64,000 nt of DNA from Prorocentrum cordatum (lineage: Eukaryota). The stretch lies in NCBI GenBank assembly GCA_963575745.1, contig CAUYUJ010000336.1:310001-374000 (forward strand), written 5' to 3'. Below are positions 13,380-27,009 of this stretch, piece by piece. A program made the position numbers and the translations under genes. Below the pieces are notes generated by a model. It had not been told where the DNA came from and ran no database searches. It worked only from the letters and a program-made list of their open reading frames with translations. Positions within the stretch are counted from its first letter, which is position 1. Every line of letters begins with the position of its first letter.

Positions 13380-14560
13380 GCCTCCTCCTTTTCCTCCTCC
13401 TCCTCCTCCTCCTCCTCCTCCTCCTCCTCCTCCTCCTCCCCCTCTCCCCTCCCACGGCGGGTGGGCCATGACCTTCCCAATTGTTTTGGTGTTGGCGGCG
13501 TCCTTGTGCGATCTTTTCTTGCGTCTCTCTCTCTCGTCCTGTCTCTCTCTCTCTCTCTTTCTCTCTTTCTCTTTTTCTCTCTCTCTCTCTCTCTCACTGG
13601 AGGCAGTCTGCACCCATTTCCTCGCAAGTGTGAGGCTGCCTTTCTATCTGCCGTTGTCTTCTCTCGTCCCTTGCGATCTCGCAGGGGTCCTGCTTATAGG
13701 TGTTCCGAGTGCGGCCGCCTCATATAATCAGCGTGTCTTCACCTGGGGCGTTGTGGGCCCAGGCCTGGCCTCTCCTGGGCAGGCCACTCCGCGTCGTCCT
13801 GGCCATTTCGCGCTGTGCCCTCTGCCTTCGCCTCCCGCGAGCAAGCGCGGTGGTGGCTTGTCGCAAAGGTGCAGTCGAGAATTTCTCCCGCCTCGCGCTC
13901 GTGCTTGGCTACTCTCGCGGCGGCTTGGCGCGCTCACCTCGTGCCTCTCCTTTTTCAGCATCGGGTGGTCGCGGCTTGGAGGGCTGTGCAGGTGGCGTAA
14001 GTGGCAAATGGGCGCGACGCCCCGCGGAAAACCGAAAAAGGCCCCGAGCGCCACCCTGCTGGAACCCTCCAAAAGCTGGACTATCCGCAATGGGTACGTC
14101 GTCTCCTCCCGCTCCTCCTCCTCCTCCTCGATCCTTTTCCTCCTCCTGCTCCTCCTCCTCCTCCTCCTCCTCCTCCTCCTCCTCCTCCGAGAGAGAGAGA
14201 GAGAGAGAGAGAGAAAAAAAAAAAAGAAAAAGAAAAAGAGAGAGACCACTCATCGCCTAGTCGTGCTAGGTTGTCACTTCTACCACAAGCTCAAAGCAGA
14301 GCATGAGGCCTCGCCCTCACGTTGTGGCGACCTTGAGGCACACCTGAGGCTCTTGCGTGCCACTAAGCTGGCCATCTGCGCCAGTCGATGACGTAACCAT
14401 GCCCTCATGAGTTACGTGCGCTCCTCCTGCTCCACCTCCTGCTCCACCTCGATCCTCCTCCTTTCCCTCCTCGATCCTCCTCCTCGATCCTCCTCTTCCT
14501 TCTCCTCCTCGATCCTCCTCCTCCTCCCTCCGACTTCCACCCCCCCCTCCAGGACAGCGC
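13380..14560. repeat. Cluster of (CCT)n, (CT)n, (GA)n and A-rich microsatellites
   Basis: Tracts at 13380-13445, 13525-13596, 14113-14245 and 14420-14535. Confidence 0.85.
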
Positions 14561-15025
14561 GCGGCGCGTGGGAGCCATCGCGCCCCCGGCGGCGCCCAGG
14601 GCGGCGCCGGGCGCCTCGGGCCTGCTGGCCTTGCCGGGGAGCCAGGCCGGCCAGCTGCAGGCTGTCTCCCCCGCGCCCGCGGAGAGGGGGCGGGCTCGCC
14701 GGATCCCCGAGCCCCGAGGAAGGGGCGGGAGATCAGGGCGATAACGACTGGAGGACGAGGGAGAGCAAGGTTGACGAGGAGTATGGGGGGGAGGGTGCGG
14801 CAAGGAGGGGGTAATGAATGAGGAGGAGGCATGGGCGGCGAAAGAAGGAAAGCGAAGGTTAGGGGTAGGGGAGCAAACAATGAGATAGATCTGAAAGCAC
14901 CGAGGTCCGAGAGGCGCCGGAGGCGAGGAAGCCGCGCGGGCCTCTGAGGTTTTATGCATCTGTCATTGTTTGTTCCCCCGGAGTTATCAGGGCAGGGGGT
15001 GGTCAGGGATGATATATGATTCTCT

Positions 15026-15208
15026 GGGCCTCCCACGTGGGGTCAGAGCAGATGGGTTCGGAGGATCGCGCCGCATCGCCGATGCATCGGCGGTGCGACT
15101 CGATGTGGAGCCATCGCCGACGTCGGCGATGCATCGCCGATGCATGGGTGATGCATCGGCGATGTGGCGCGATCCTCCGACCTCATCTACTCGGATCTCA
15201 GATGGGAG
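15026..15208. mobile_element. Palindromic MITE-like element, copy 2
   Basis: Same termini and CATCGCCGATGCATCGGCG core as copy 1. Confidence 0.75.
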
Positions 15209-16349
15209 TTCTCTAGGGGGACTCCCGTTTTCGCGCCGGAGTTGCCCCATATTGAACTCAACGCGAGTGCTCCCAGCCCTCATTCTGCCCGGTCCAATCT
15301 GTCCCTGAAACAGGAGGCATCCCGGGTCACGCTGCTCAGGGTTTCCCCAGATCACACTTGGGGACACCAGACAGGGCCTTACGCGGACCAAGTCTATCTC
15401 CGAGAATTCGGGTCCCCACAGGTCGATTGTGGGACGAGTCGTAGCAGACGCCCAAGCAGACCAGGACGGGAGGCACGCCCCTGCTCGACCAGACACGGGG
15501 CCAGTGCGCCTGGGAGCTTCTCTGGGTCAGACGAGTCCGCCCGCACGTTTCCTCGCCACCCCCCCTCACCCTACAGTCGGCCTAGATGAGTAGGTCGACC
15601 CTGCCAGCTCAAGGGTACCCTTGTGTCCCGGGCCTCGCGACACGTGCCTTCTTACACTCCTATGGCGGTGTGGCCCTCGGAAGGGTCTTGTCCTCTCGCG
15701 TGTCCTGTCAAATGAAGTCCGACTGTATCGGCCGGACCGTGCTCATCGGGGCAGGGTTCAAGGAGGGACAAGTATCTCACACGCCCAGGAGCCCCGAGTG
15801 GTCGGCGAACTTTGGCTCCCTCGGGACCTACTGGGTTTCTATTGTGGCCCTGTTGGGTTGTTTTGTTATGCCATCTTGGGCCGTCTTGCGGCCATTCTCT
15901 TGGATCGCCTTGGGGCCATCTTGGGCTGCCTTGGAGGCAACCTGGGCCATCTTGGATCTTGGCGGTGCTGGCTTGCCTCGGCCGTCTTGGAAGCTCGTGA
16001 GCGTGGATCCAAAGTTTGTTACGAGGGGTCGTGGCCTTGGGAGCGCGGACCCACCTGCTTGCTACGAAGGATCAGGGCCTCAGGAGGGGGGGGCCATGCA
16101 TGAAGCACTACATGGGTAAGGGGGGATCTTTCTTAGAAAACCTACAGAGAGCCTACCAGACAGCACTGGGCATTGTACCACATCTGGTGGATACGCGTGC
16201 AACGTCCAACAGGACGGGAGGATGGGAGCAGACAATCCCCGTAGGCCACCAGAGGGCCCTGGAGGCCCCCAGACGCCTCTGCCTGGAGGGCTGGAGGCTC
16301 AGAGTTATACTGGCAAAGAGACCCTAAACATCAACGCTGCATGAGAAGG

Positions 16350-17300
16350 CACATGGTGCCTGAAGTCTGGCACCGCACAGGCACGGCACGGTCCATGGTT
16401 TGCGTTCTGAGTTCTAGGCGCAGCGCGCACACGGCACGGCCAGGCACATTTGTCGCAGTGCACGGACATGGCACGGCACAGCATATTTCCCGCATTCTGG
16501 ATTTTGGGCACGGCGCGGGCACGTCAAGGCACGGCATTTGTTTCACATTATGTTTTTTTGTGCACGGGCACGGCATCGGATGGAACATGTTTCGCATTCT
16601 GGTTTTCCGGGACGGCACGGCAATGGTACAGCACAGCGCATGTTTCGCGTTGGGGTTTTAGGCACAGCGCGGGCATGATGTATGTTTTGCACTCTGGGTT
16701 GTCTGCACCGCACGGCACATGTTTCGTAGTATGGATTTTAGGCACGGCGTTGGTACGGCATTGCATAGCGCGGATCGGAAACTTGTTTGCAGTCTTGGGT
16801 TTTTAGGCACAGCACGGGCGCGGCACGGCAGAACATTTTGGGTTCCAGGCGGTGACGCGACACGGCGTTTTCCCCGTGTTGTGGGTTTCAGCCACGGGCA
16901 CGGTACGGCACAGCACATGTTTCAAAGTATGGGCTTTAGGTGCAGCGCGGGCACGGCACATGTTTCACATTCTGGGTTCTAGGTGCGGCACGGGCAAAGC
17001 ACGACACCGGCATCGCACATGTTTCGTTTTCCTGGCCTGAGGCACGGCAGAGCATTCCATTTCACACTTTTCGCATTTGGGTTTTTTTTCTGGGCAAGGT
17101 ACGACACGGCACTTCGCCGTAAATGTTTGCATCACGGCTCTTACATGCACCATCGTTGGCATGGTTCGGCACAGTTTCCCGCATTCTGGGTTTTGGGCAC
17201 GGCGCGGAAACGGCACGGCACGCGAACGGCATGTTTGCATTTTGGGTTGTAGGCACGGGGCGGGCACAGCACGGCACGGCATTCGGGCGGCAGTGTGTTC
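16350..17300. repeat. Degenerate tandem repeat, unit roughly 55-60 bp
   Basis: Recurring GGCACGGCAC...CATGTTTCGCATTCTGGGTTTT. Confidence 0.8.
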
Positions 17301-18394
17301 GCGTTTTGTTTTGTTTCCAGATGTTCTTAGTTCAGATGGGACGCTTTGGTCATGGCGCCCAGCCCCTGTCAGCCGAGCCCGTGCCCGAAGTTGTGACCGA
17401 ACACATTACCCATCGGTCGTTGAAAAAGGTATTTCTGGATGCCCAAATTACAATATACTTTCAGCGCCTTTCTACTTCAATGATCGAGTGGCCTCACCTT
17501 TTCCGTCCTCCCTTGGGGGCGGACGGAACCCAATATATGTTCAACGCCTTCCTCTTTAATGTTTCTACCTACTTCCTCCGACCATGGGTATGCGACCGAA
17601 CTTGTGACAACCATTGACGAGCGCTTTGGTTTCGAACCAAGAAAGTCGTTCTGACTCGGGCAGATGTCCCGGCAATGTTTCGGTTATTGCACCCCCCTGA
17701 CAAAGACGAGGTTGTGACGTTTACAGACAAGCTGTTCGGGGGGAATCCAGGACAACACATTCAAATGCCTCGGTCCTCCTGCCACTATCCTCCTCCTTGG
17801 AAGGGGATGTCGGGGAGGGCGAGGGGAAACCTGGCCAGCCGCAGGCTCCTCGCGCGCCCAAAGCCGCCAGCTACAAGGACTACGCCTTCGCGAGGAGCCG
17901 TTTTTCCGCTCCCCTCGCCCGTCTTTTCGGGGGGGGAGCAGGTCGTCATCCTCCCACTTCCGGCCTCTTCGAACTTCCCCGCTTCCTCCCCCTACCTCCT
18001 GCCTTCTACGTCCTCCAACCTTCCCCACTAGAAAAAGGGCCCGCCGCTATTTGGCCCAAGCACCGGCGCATGCTTCTCGCTCTCTCTCTCTCTCTATTTC
18101 TTTCTCTCTCTTTTTCTTTTACGGAGAGTATAAACACTGCAACCCCGCACAATTTCCCCCCCTGCAATTCCAAGTAGTAGCGGAGTTGGGAGCGATCCCA
18201 GTTCGCGATCCACGGAACGTGCGCATAGTATGGTGTGGACGCACGTTCACACTCATTTTCATTTTCGCATCGGTACCACCCTCTATTCCTTGAATAACCT
18301 GCGCTTTTAGCTGTTCTGCAAGCCAGCTGGCACTTCGCCCCAGACGCCTGGCCTGGCTGCGAGGGTATCAGCAAAGGGCGCAACCGCAACTGCA

Positions 18395-19170
18395 TTGAGT
18401 TCCACCGAAGGCCCCAATGGCAATATTTACATGCGCACGTTACACCAGTTTCGATACGGCCCCCACCCGCTTCGCGGCCCCATCGGGAGCTCCACCGAAG
18501 ACCCCAGCGGCAGGGAGTACCTGCGTCTACGCGATTCTTGTCGGCATACCCTTTACACGCTTCGTGGCCTCACAGGGAGCTCCACCGCAGCCCATGTGGC
18601 AGGGTTTGCAAGCGCCCGCGCGACCAATTGCGACGCACCCCTCACAAGCTTCGTGGCCCCATCGGGAGCTCCACCGAAGGCCCCAGTGGCAGGGTTTACA
18701 TGCGCACGCGCGACCCATTTAGGCTCAGCACCATAGGGATTTCCACCAGAGGCTCCCAACGGCACCGTTCGCATGCGTCCGCACCGCCCAGGTGCCCTAC
18801 AGGAAGCTCCACCGAAGGCCCTCATGGCAGGGCCCACGTGCACCCGCACGACACATGTCGACGCACGAGCTCTACCGAAGGCCTCTGTGGCTGGATTCGC
18901 ATGCGCCCGCGCGAGCTATTCCGGCACACCTCCCACGCGCTTCGCGGAACCATGGGGAGGTCCACAGAAGGCCCCAATGGCGCCGTTCGCATGTGTCCGC
19001 GCGACCCATCTCGGCTGACCCCTCACACGCTTCGTGGGCCCATAGGGACCTGCACCCAACGCCCCCATGGCGGTGCCCATCTACGCCCCCCCCCCCCATT
19101 CCACCCCACCCTAACCACGTCGGTGCGCCCCTCGCGCGCATCGTGGCCCCATGAGGAACCCAACCGAACA
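18395..19170. repeat. Degenerate tandem repeat, unit roughly 80-90 bp
   Basis: Recurring AGCTCCACCGAAGGCCCCA.TGGCAGGG...CGCTTCGTGGCCCCATCGGG. Confidence 0.8.
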
Positions 19171-20044
19171 TGAGATTGACAACTGCGGCATCCACAACTG
19201 CACATGGTTAGGTCCTTCGCCAGGCTGATGTTTTCTCTGGTTCCATTCGAGCCAGCTTTGGGCCATCTTGGAGGACATCGAGCAACACAGGGGCGGGGCG
19301 AAATAGCGCCGCTCCCCATGGAGCACGAAATGCCCCCTAGGGGGGCCCTCTTCGGATAGTAGCGGAGCGCTGTTGAACAATCGTGGGGCCATCCTCCTCT
19401 TGGCCTATTTGGGACTCTCTTTGACGATCTTGCGGGCAGTTTGAGGCCTGACAGCATCAAACGACCTTTTATGACGTTCCTTGGAACGCCCCGTGGCCAC
19501 TTGGAGCCGTCTCGGGAAGGCGCGGTGGCCGCTTGGAAGCATTTTAAGGGCCATATGGAACCATGCTGGAGGTCATCTTGCGCCTTCCGAGGCCCACTCT
19601 GAGCCATCTTGGGCGTTCAAAGCCCTCGCGGCCCCCCCGTCCAGACCCAGGCGAGGGAGTGGCGGGAGAGCAAGTCTCTCTCCGACGGCGGAGAAGGGGG
19701 TTGGAAGAGGAGGCTCTATACACCACCTACGTTCAGATGGCTGGTGGGATTTGCGCGGCATTCTGCGCGCGTGGAACATAACGCGCGTCAAACCTCCTGC
19801 GCGTTGAGCGATAACCCCCTGTGTGCCAACGCGAAAGTGTGTCTCACTGCCGGACGCCTGTGGCAACTGTTGCTCAGGCGCTCGGCCGATTTGAGCAACG
19901 GTTGGGCACATGCTGGCCGTTGGGCTGCGTGCCCTTGACGCCGCGCGACGGCGGGCCCGCGAGGCGGTTCACGAATTCGATATCCTCGGCCCTCGCCTGG
20001 CGCTCCTGCCGGGCGAAACCTTCGAGGGGCATGTAGATCGCCCG

Positions 20045-20860
20045 GGCAAGGCCTACCTTAGGGCCTGCCCCAATGGCTACCCTAGACCTACCCTAGGGCC
20101 CACCCCTAGGCCTTCCCTAGGCCTACCCTCGGATCTACCCCCCCACCCTAGGCCTACCCTGGGGCCCATGTCTAGGCCTGCCCTAGGCCACTTCTAGGCC
20201 TACCCTAGGCCTACCTTCGGGCCGAACCCTAGGACCTACCCCCCAGCCTACCCTCGGCCTACCCTAGGGTTTACCCCTAGGCCTACTCCCAGACCGACCC
20301 CTAGGGCTTACCCCAGGCCTACCCATAGGCCTACCCTACGTCTACCCTAGGGCCTACCCCTGGGCCCTAGGCCTATTCCTGGGGCTACCCTAGACGTAGG
20401 GTTACCTCTAGGGCTGCCCTAGGCCTTGCCCCTGGCCCGAGGGCCACCCTAGGGCCAACCCCCAGCCCGACCCTGGGCCTTCCCCCTATGCCTAGGCCTT
20501 GCCTACGCCGACCACGTTCTCCGATCCGACCCACTCGTCAGGGTCCTTCCGATCTGGCGCCGCCGTCCTCCGTTTCACACCGATCCTGACCCGACCCGCC
20601 CGACCCGACACGCCCGTCAGGGCCCGCCCGAGCCGACCCGACCCGCCCGACCCGACCCGCCCGTCAGGGCCCGCCCGGCTCGACCCGACCCGCCCGTCAG
20701 GCCCCGCCCGACCCGACTCGACCCGCCCAACCCGATCCGTCCGTCAGGCCCCGCCCGACCTGACGCGACCCGTCCGACCCGACCCGCCCGTGAGGGCCCG
20801 CCCGGCCCGACCCGCCCAACCTGACCCGCTTGTGAGGGCCCGCCCGACCAGAGCCGACCT
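20045..20860. repeat. Two adjacent short-period arrays: GGCCTACCCTA-like (20045-20500) and CCGACCCGC-like (20580-20860)
   Basis: Directly visible short-unit repeats. Confidence 0.85.
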
Positions 20861-23800
20861 TGAAGGAACACTGCAGCAGCACTAGGAGGATCAACTCCCT
20901 GTTCGTGCAGACTGCCAAGTGCTCCAAACATGCAGAGAGTTCGCAATTACACATCACGTGCTGCAGCTGCATTCTCAAGCATCGTGCAGGCACGTATTCC
21001 ATTAGCAGTTCGATACCTGAGCCTAGCGGCATCAGACCTTTGTGACTTTTGTACAGCTGGATGTGAAAGAAAACAGATTCGTGCGAGTAGCAAGAGCAGG
21101 CGATTGTACATTCGCGTTTGTTCTCGAGCAGTCCTGCACTGGCTTTGGCTGAGGCGGCGGGCAAGTGTGGGGTTGTCACGCGCGCCTTAGGTCCTGGCTT
21201 GTCCTTGCGCTGTGCTGCCCCGCTGGTCGTGCCCGCCGTGCTCTGCCCTGACATTCGGGTGCTTCCCAGCGAACAGCCGTGCGTCATTCGGTTTGCAGAC
21301 CTATTTCCGTTACTACTCTAGACTTCTGTATATAATGTGTTTGACGTTCAAGGTACCTGAATACATTTGCCATTTCGTTAATTCCTCCCAGAGTACGGGA
21401 TCACGTGCAACAAACAAGTGGGCCATGTGGGACTTGCCCCCTCTGCTTTTCCCCCATCCCTTTCGTACTGTTTCCCTTGCTCGTGCCCAGAGCAGGCTTG
21501 CGCATCGTGCTCATTTACCTGCGGCTGCATCATCATACAGCGTTCTGAGACGGGCGGATCCGGCAATCAAAACACATGATCAAGTGGGAGGTTGGATTGC
21601 AAAAGAGGCGTTCGTGATCGCGCCGTTAGGCCTGCAGTCCACTGAGAGGTTCAAGTCTTTCGCCAACCGGTCAGGGACATCGTGTTGTTGTGCACGTCCG
21701 ATTCCCTTATTGATCGCGACTGCGACTTGCATGTCTGTCCGCGACGACTGTTCGATCAGTGATGTGCCAGCAAAGTGAACATGTTCGGCGGCCGCTGGAC
21801 AGCGCCTCCTCCCGCTTGGACGGTGATGCTGTCTTGCCCACAGAGGGTGCCCGAAGATGCAGTCAGCATCCATGGTAAGGATGCACCGCTTGATCAAGGC
21901 CACCTTTGCATCCCTGCTTCTTCCGCCCATCCTGAGCCAACCTTGACGTCCAAGGAGCTCTGAGTGGTGAATGGGACTTCAAAAGGATCTTGCATCCTTA
22001 CCTTGCCTAGCGACGGGGGCGGCACGGCCTGCAGCGTGCATGCTCATGACAGCGCGGCCTGCCGCACAGCAGAGGAGGAGGAGGAGGAGGCCGCGCACCT
22101 GCAGAGGAGGTGGTGGGCGGCCCCGGGGCCACCACGTGCTAGTCGTAGAAGCTACCATGCAGACGCTCACGGTGGCTCACACGCTGATGGACGTGTATTG
22201 CAGCACCCTCTTGTTCTTGTGCTTCCTCGTAGCGTGTTTCCTTCTCTTCCTGCATCCTCACCCTGAATCCTTGCTATGGACTTTGGCTGCAGCCGCGCTT
22301 CGCGCTCTGCGCTCCTGGCCCGAGAGAACTGCCCCTCGCACTCGGGGGGTGACGCAAGGTCGCTCACCGGCTTGAAGCATAATCACGATCCCTACGTTGG
22401 GCACCACCTTACCTCGGTGCCGATCCGAAGGGTTCCCTCGCTTTCTGAGGGCACGTCCAGAAGATTGTCGTCGCCCTAAGCTTGCTGATCTTAGGGGTAC
22501 CGGGTAGAGATCAGTTCGAGGCTGGTTGGTCCCCGAGTTCCGCCCGAGAAGCTGGGCCGCTCAGAAAGCCGAAGACAAAACAACCGATTGATCACACATT
22601 TTCTAAACCCCGAGCGGATGTCGCAGATTCGCGTTGGGCTCCGCAGGCGCCGCCTCTGCCGGTCCGAGCGACAGGGAGTGGAGTCCAGCGCGGATCCAAG
22701 AAATCCGTGCGGCCTTTCAAAAGTTCATACGAATGTCGTTGTCTGCTCCTCTGGAAGAGGGGTGGAACTCCTGGGATGCACCCCCAGGGGGGGGGCATTC
22801 TGATTCACCCCTGGCGAGGATGGACGCCCTCCCATCTTGTATCACCGAGTTTGGGCCAAACTTTTGCGTCCAATCGAAAGCCCCACAAAGTCTACGGTTA
22901 GGGCCGTCATGTTCCCCGGTTCCCCGGTGCGAAGCTGGGCACCTAGAGGTCAAGCCGCCATCGTGCCGAGGCGAAGAGCGCGCCCTGTGATAAAGCGCCT
23001 GCCTCTCAAGGGCCGAGCTCGAGTTGCTGGTGGCGCAGCTGAGGGCCCGCGCCGACGCACACGCCTCTGGCGCTGGGCCCCAGGCAGGAGGCAGAGGCGC
23101 GCGCTCTGGCGGGCTGGATACTTCAGACCCTCGGCAGGAACAGAGCCAGATCAACATCCGCTGCCACCGTCTCCATGTTTCTCCTCCTCCTCCTTTTTGA
23201 CGTTGAGCGGACTTTAACCCTTGGGATTGTAGCGTCTGTAAGCAACAAATCGCCTGACAGTGCCGCCTTCGGCCATAGGGCCAACAAAGTACGCCTGGCG
23301 GACGTAGCAGAGATTGAAGACGGCTACAGAGACATAGTGAAATGATGCATGCCCCTGAGGGCACAAATATTGCGTCTGCCAGGCAGTATTGGAGTTAGAA
23401 AGCGCATCGCGAAGAACGAACTTTTATTTCAATAGTAGGCAACGAAGACTGATCGAGAGAAGGGATTGCACGTGCAACGGACAAAAAACAAGCTGCGTGC
23501 CATATGGTGTCGTCGCTGCTTGCCAGGTGCTAGGAGTGGCTGATGCTGAATGTGCATGTGAAGCACAGCTGTATGATGTGCGCCGCAGAGTGTAAGGTGA
23601 TGAGGCTGGCGCTTGCGGTGCAGGCTGGCCGGTCCTCCACCACCACCGTAGACCATCACACAAGAAAGCCCACCTCCGTAGTGTATGCGGCAGCACTGAT
23701 TGTATGTTGGCCTATGCCGCGAAGTTGCAAGCCATACAATCGATAGGACACAATTGATCGAAAGACACGTTTTGCAGCTGCCTGGTGGGGCGATTACCGT

Positions 23801-24299
23801 AACAGTTGTGGGCCCGAAAACGTCCACTACATGTGGACAAGGAAGGCGTCAAACAAAAATTAGCAGAGACGCGCACGGGCGAGCAAGTCCCACCCCGTCT
23901 AATAAGACCCGTCCCTCGAGTAAAGACCCTCGTCGAGGACAGTTCGGCGCCTGCAGTCGCCAAGCGTTGCAGTATAGACCTGTATACCGATGTCCCCTTG
24001 TGGCCTTCATCGAGTGCGCTTGTATAACAGGTGCTCTCCTCCACCACCGAATTATCTATCCTCCACCGCCTCCTCCTCCTCCGCGTTGTTGTCTCGACGC
24101 CGATGCGCCATCGCAGCAGCAGCGGATCGAACTGCCAAGCCCCCCCCCGCATCCTTCCACCACGCGCACACACACACCACGCGAACGTATTTTTTCCCCA
24201 AGCAGCTTGCTGAACGGGGTGATGTTGAATGTTGTGATAGAAGCTAACTCCAGCCGAGGGAATTCAAAGCAGAGACGTCCTCAAAAATATTTGGTGGTC

Positions 24300-25300
24300 C
24301 GGCCGTCTCGCCTGAGACATCCTCGCAACTCTCGTTTCTGAGTTGTCCGGGATTGGGATTTTCGCGTGAGACATCCTCCAAACTCTGAGCTCCCAGATGT
24401 CGCGCAAGAGGTGGTCTGGCCCGTTTCGCCTGAGACATCCTCGAAATTCTGAGCTCCCAGATGCCGCGCGAGAGGTGGTCCAGCGCGTTTCGCTTGAGAC
24501 ATCCTCCAAACTCTGAGCTCCCAGATGCCGCGCGAGAGGTGGTCTAGTCCGTATCGCTTGAGACATCCTTCAAACTCTGAGCTCTGAGATGACGTGCGCG
24601 AGGTGGTCTGGCGCGTTTTTCCTGAGACATCCTCGCAATTCTGAGTTCTGAGATGCTGCGCAAGAGGTGGTCCAGCCCATTTCCCCTGAGACATCCTCGA
24701 AATTCTGAGCTCCGAGATGCTGCGCAAGAGGTGGTCTGGCCCGTTTCGCCTGAGACATCCTCCAAACCCTTAGCCCTGATATGCCGTGCGCGAGGTGGTC
24801 CGGCTCGTTTTGCTTGAGACATCCTCGCAACTGCGCTCTCTGATGCCTTGCGAGAGGTGCCCGTTTCGCTTGAGACATCCTCCGAACTCTGAGCCCCGAG
24901 ATGCCGCCCAAGAGGTGGTCCCGGCCCTTTCACTTGAGAGATCCTCGCACTTTTTTGCATTCCGAGATGCCGCGCGAGAGGTGTTTCGTCTGAGACATCC
25001 TCGGAAAATTGAGCTCTGAGTTGCCGCGCGAGAGGTGGTCCAGCCCATTTCGCCTGAAACATCCTCCCAACTCTGACCTCGGAGATGCCGCGCGCGACGT
25101 GGTCCAGCCCGTTTCGCCTAAGATATTCTCGTAACTCTGAGCTCTGAGATGCCCTGCGCGAGGTGGTCCGGCCCGTCTCGCCTGAGACATCCTCGCAACT
25201 CGGAGTTCTGAGCTGCCGTGCGCAAGGTGGTCCGGCCCGTTTCGCACAAGATATTCTTGCAATTCTCAGCTCCCAGATGCCGCGCAAGAGGTGGTCCAGC
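24300..25300. repeat. 64-bp satellite (~16 copies; further copies at ~25685-25810)
   Basis: TGAGACATCC recurs at 24431, 24495 and 24559 (period 64). Confidence 0.92.
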
Positions 25301-26285
25301 CTGGGGGCCCAGAAGACCACATGTTACATATCCCCCTTGGGACCCTGGGAGCCCCAGGAGGCCCCAGAGAGCTTCAGGAGGCCGCAGGACGCCCAGGACA
25401 GGCCCCAGGGGTCCCCAGGAGATTCCCAGGAGGCTCCCAGGAGGCTTCAGGGGGCCCCCTATCAGAACGTGTCAACTTAATACACATCCGGTGTCGATTC
25501 GTTGATTTTTCCTGCTCTTGTGGCCGCCCTCCCTATTTGGGGGGGCCCAGACGACCACATGTTAGATATCCCACCCTGGCAGCCCCAAGAGGCTTCAGGA
25601 AGCCCCAGGTGGGGTCCAGGAGGCCACAGGAGGCCCACCCAGGAGATCCCCAGGAGGCCCCTGAAGGCCCCAGGAGGCCCCCGCAACTCGGAGCTCTGAG
25701 ACGCCGCGCTCGAGGTGGTCCGGCCCATTTCGCCTGAGGCTTCCTCGCAGCACGTTTCGCCCGAGACATCGTCGCAACTCTGGGGTCCGAGATGCCGCGC
25801 GCGAGGTGTTATCATATTCGAACATGCCATGCCAGCCCGCACTGGACGGGCACGCAATCGACCTTGGAAACCGCAGTGGGTTAAAAAACCCTGTTTGGGG
25901 ATACTGCACTCCGGCTATAATTGTTAGTCAGCGGCGCAGAGGGTCCTCAGGCGCGAGCAGCAGATGCCGCGCGCACGCACGCACACACAGCGCTACCCGT
26001 CCCACAATAGAGGAGAAGAAAGAAAGAGGCGAAGGGAAACAGATGCGAATCGGATCTCTCCAAATAGGCAGCAAGTCGTCGTTTTCGTATTCATTGTTTC
26101 GCCGATCGGCGCGGGCTCTCGCATCCCCACCCCCCATGGAGTAGATCTTGGCCACCCCGCGACCCACCCGCGACCCACCCGTGACCCACCCAGCGACCCA
26201 TCCGCGACCCACCCTGCGACCCATCCGCGACCCATCCGCGACCCACCCGCGACCCACCCGCAACCCACCCCGCGACCCACCCTCA

Positions 26286-26439
26286 AGGGAGGAAAATCCA
26301 CCCGGACCCGACAATTGACTTTTACTAAACTGCCCTGGGCGTTGACTGAACAGCCCTGCCCTGTTCGATTCATTCCTTGTGCGTTTACTAAACGGCTTCG
26401 CTTATCGGGGTGATTCTTATGGGGTGGATTTTCTGCCCT
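26286..26439. mobile_element. Small MITE-like element with 18-bp terminal inverted repeats
   Basis: AGGGAGGAAAATCCACCC...GGGTGGATTTTCTGCCCT (16/18 complementary), internal TTTACTAAAC direct repeat; interrupts a CCGCGACCCA array. Confidence 0.55.
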
Positions 26440-26956
26440 CTACACCCGCGACCCACCCGCTACCCAACAGCGACCCACCCGCAACCCACCCGCGACCCAG
26501 CTGCGACCCACCCGCGACCTACTCACATTGGTTTAACAGAAAAATCGGCACCTGCGGCGGGCTCGTTGTAGAATGTGCAAAAATTTTGGCGCCTGCGGCG
26601 GGCTTCTCCAGAATCTCGCAGACTGCCGATGTCCCCGCTTCCCTGCTCACTCTTATCCGCATCTGCGGGGTGCTACGTATATGCATGTGAGTCGGCCGCA
26701 GGCGGGCCCTGGACCACGGCCACGGGTTCGCATGACCGGTCCGGATGGCCCAGGGGCGCCCCCGTGGCTTCCAGAGTGTCCCCATGGGATTGCTGTAAAA
26801 GTGTACCAGACCGTTCCAACACAGCCGGAGACCGTCAACGATGGCTTTTGGACGGCTTCCGAAGGTTCCCAGGCAGCGCCAGGACGGCCCCGGGCGACCT
26901 TAGTGGCCGCAAGAAGTCCCTGAAGAGGGCCCCGATAGTCAAGAGCCGTCAAGAGC

Positions 26957-27009
26957 CCCACATGTTGACAACGCACGCATTCCGAATGCGTGCGTTGTCA
27001 ACATGTGGG
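26957..27009. repeat. Perfect palindrome (26-bp arms, 1-nt spacer)
   Basis: CCCACATGTTGACAACGCACGCATTC-C-GAATGCGTGCGTTGTCAACATGTGGG. Confidence 0.95.

Noticed and set aside
18044..18060. CCGCTATTTGGCCCAAG as another spliced-leader relic
   Set aside because: Too degenerate, and no recognisable coding sequence follows.
20045..20500. CCCTAG-rich tract resembling telomeric repeats
   Set aside because: The unit is GGCCTACCCTA-like, not tandem CCCTAAA/TTTAGGG.
20880..24250. Lower-GC unique region with short ORFs on both strands
   Set aside because: No recognisable domain or consistent frame; it could be a decayed element or exons, but this cannot be supported by eye.
24300..25300. Regular 64-bp periodicity suggesting a CRISPR array
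   Set aside because: The whole unit repeats with no unique spacers, there are no cas genes, and the context is eukaryotic. It is a satellite; the same holds for the ~100-bp array at 29790-31790.
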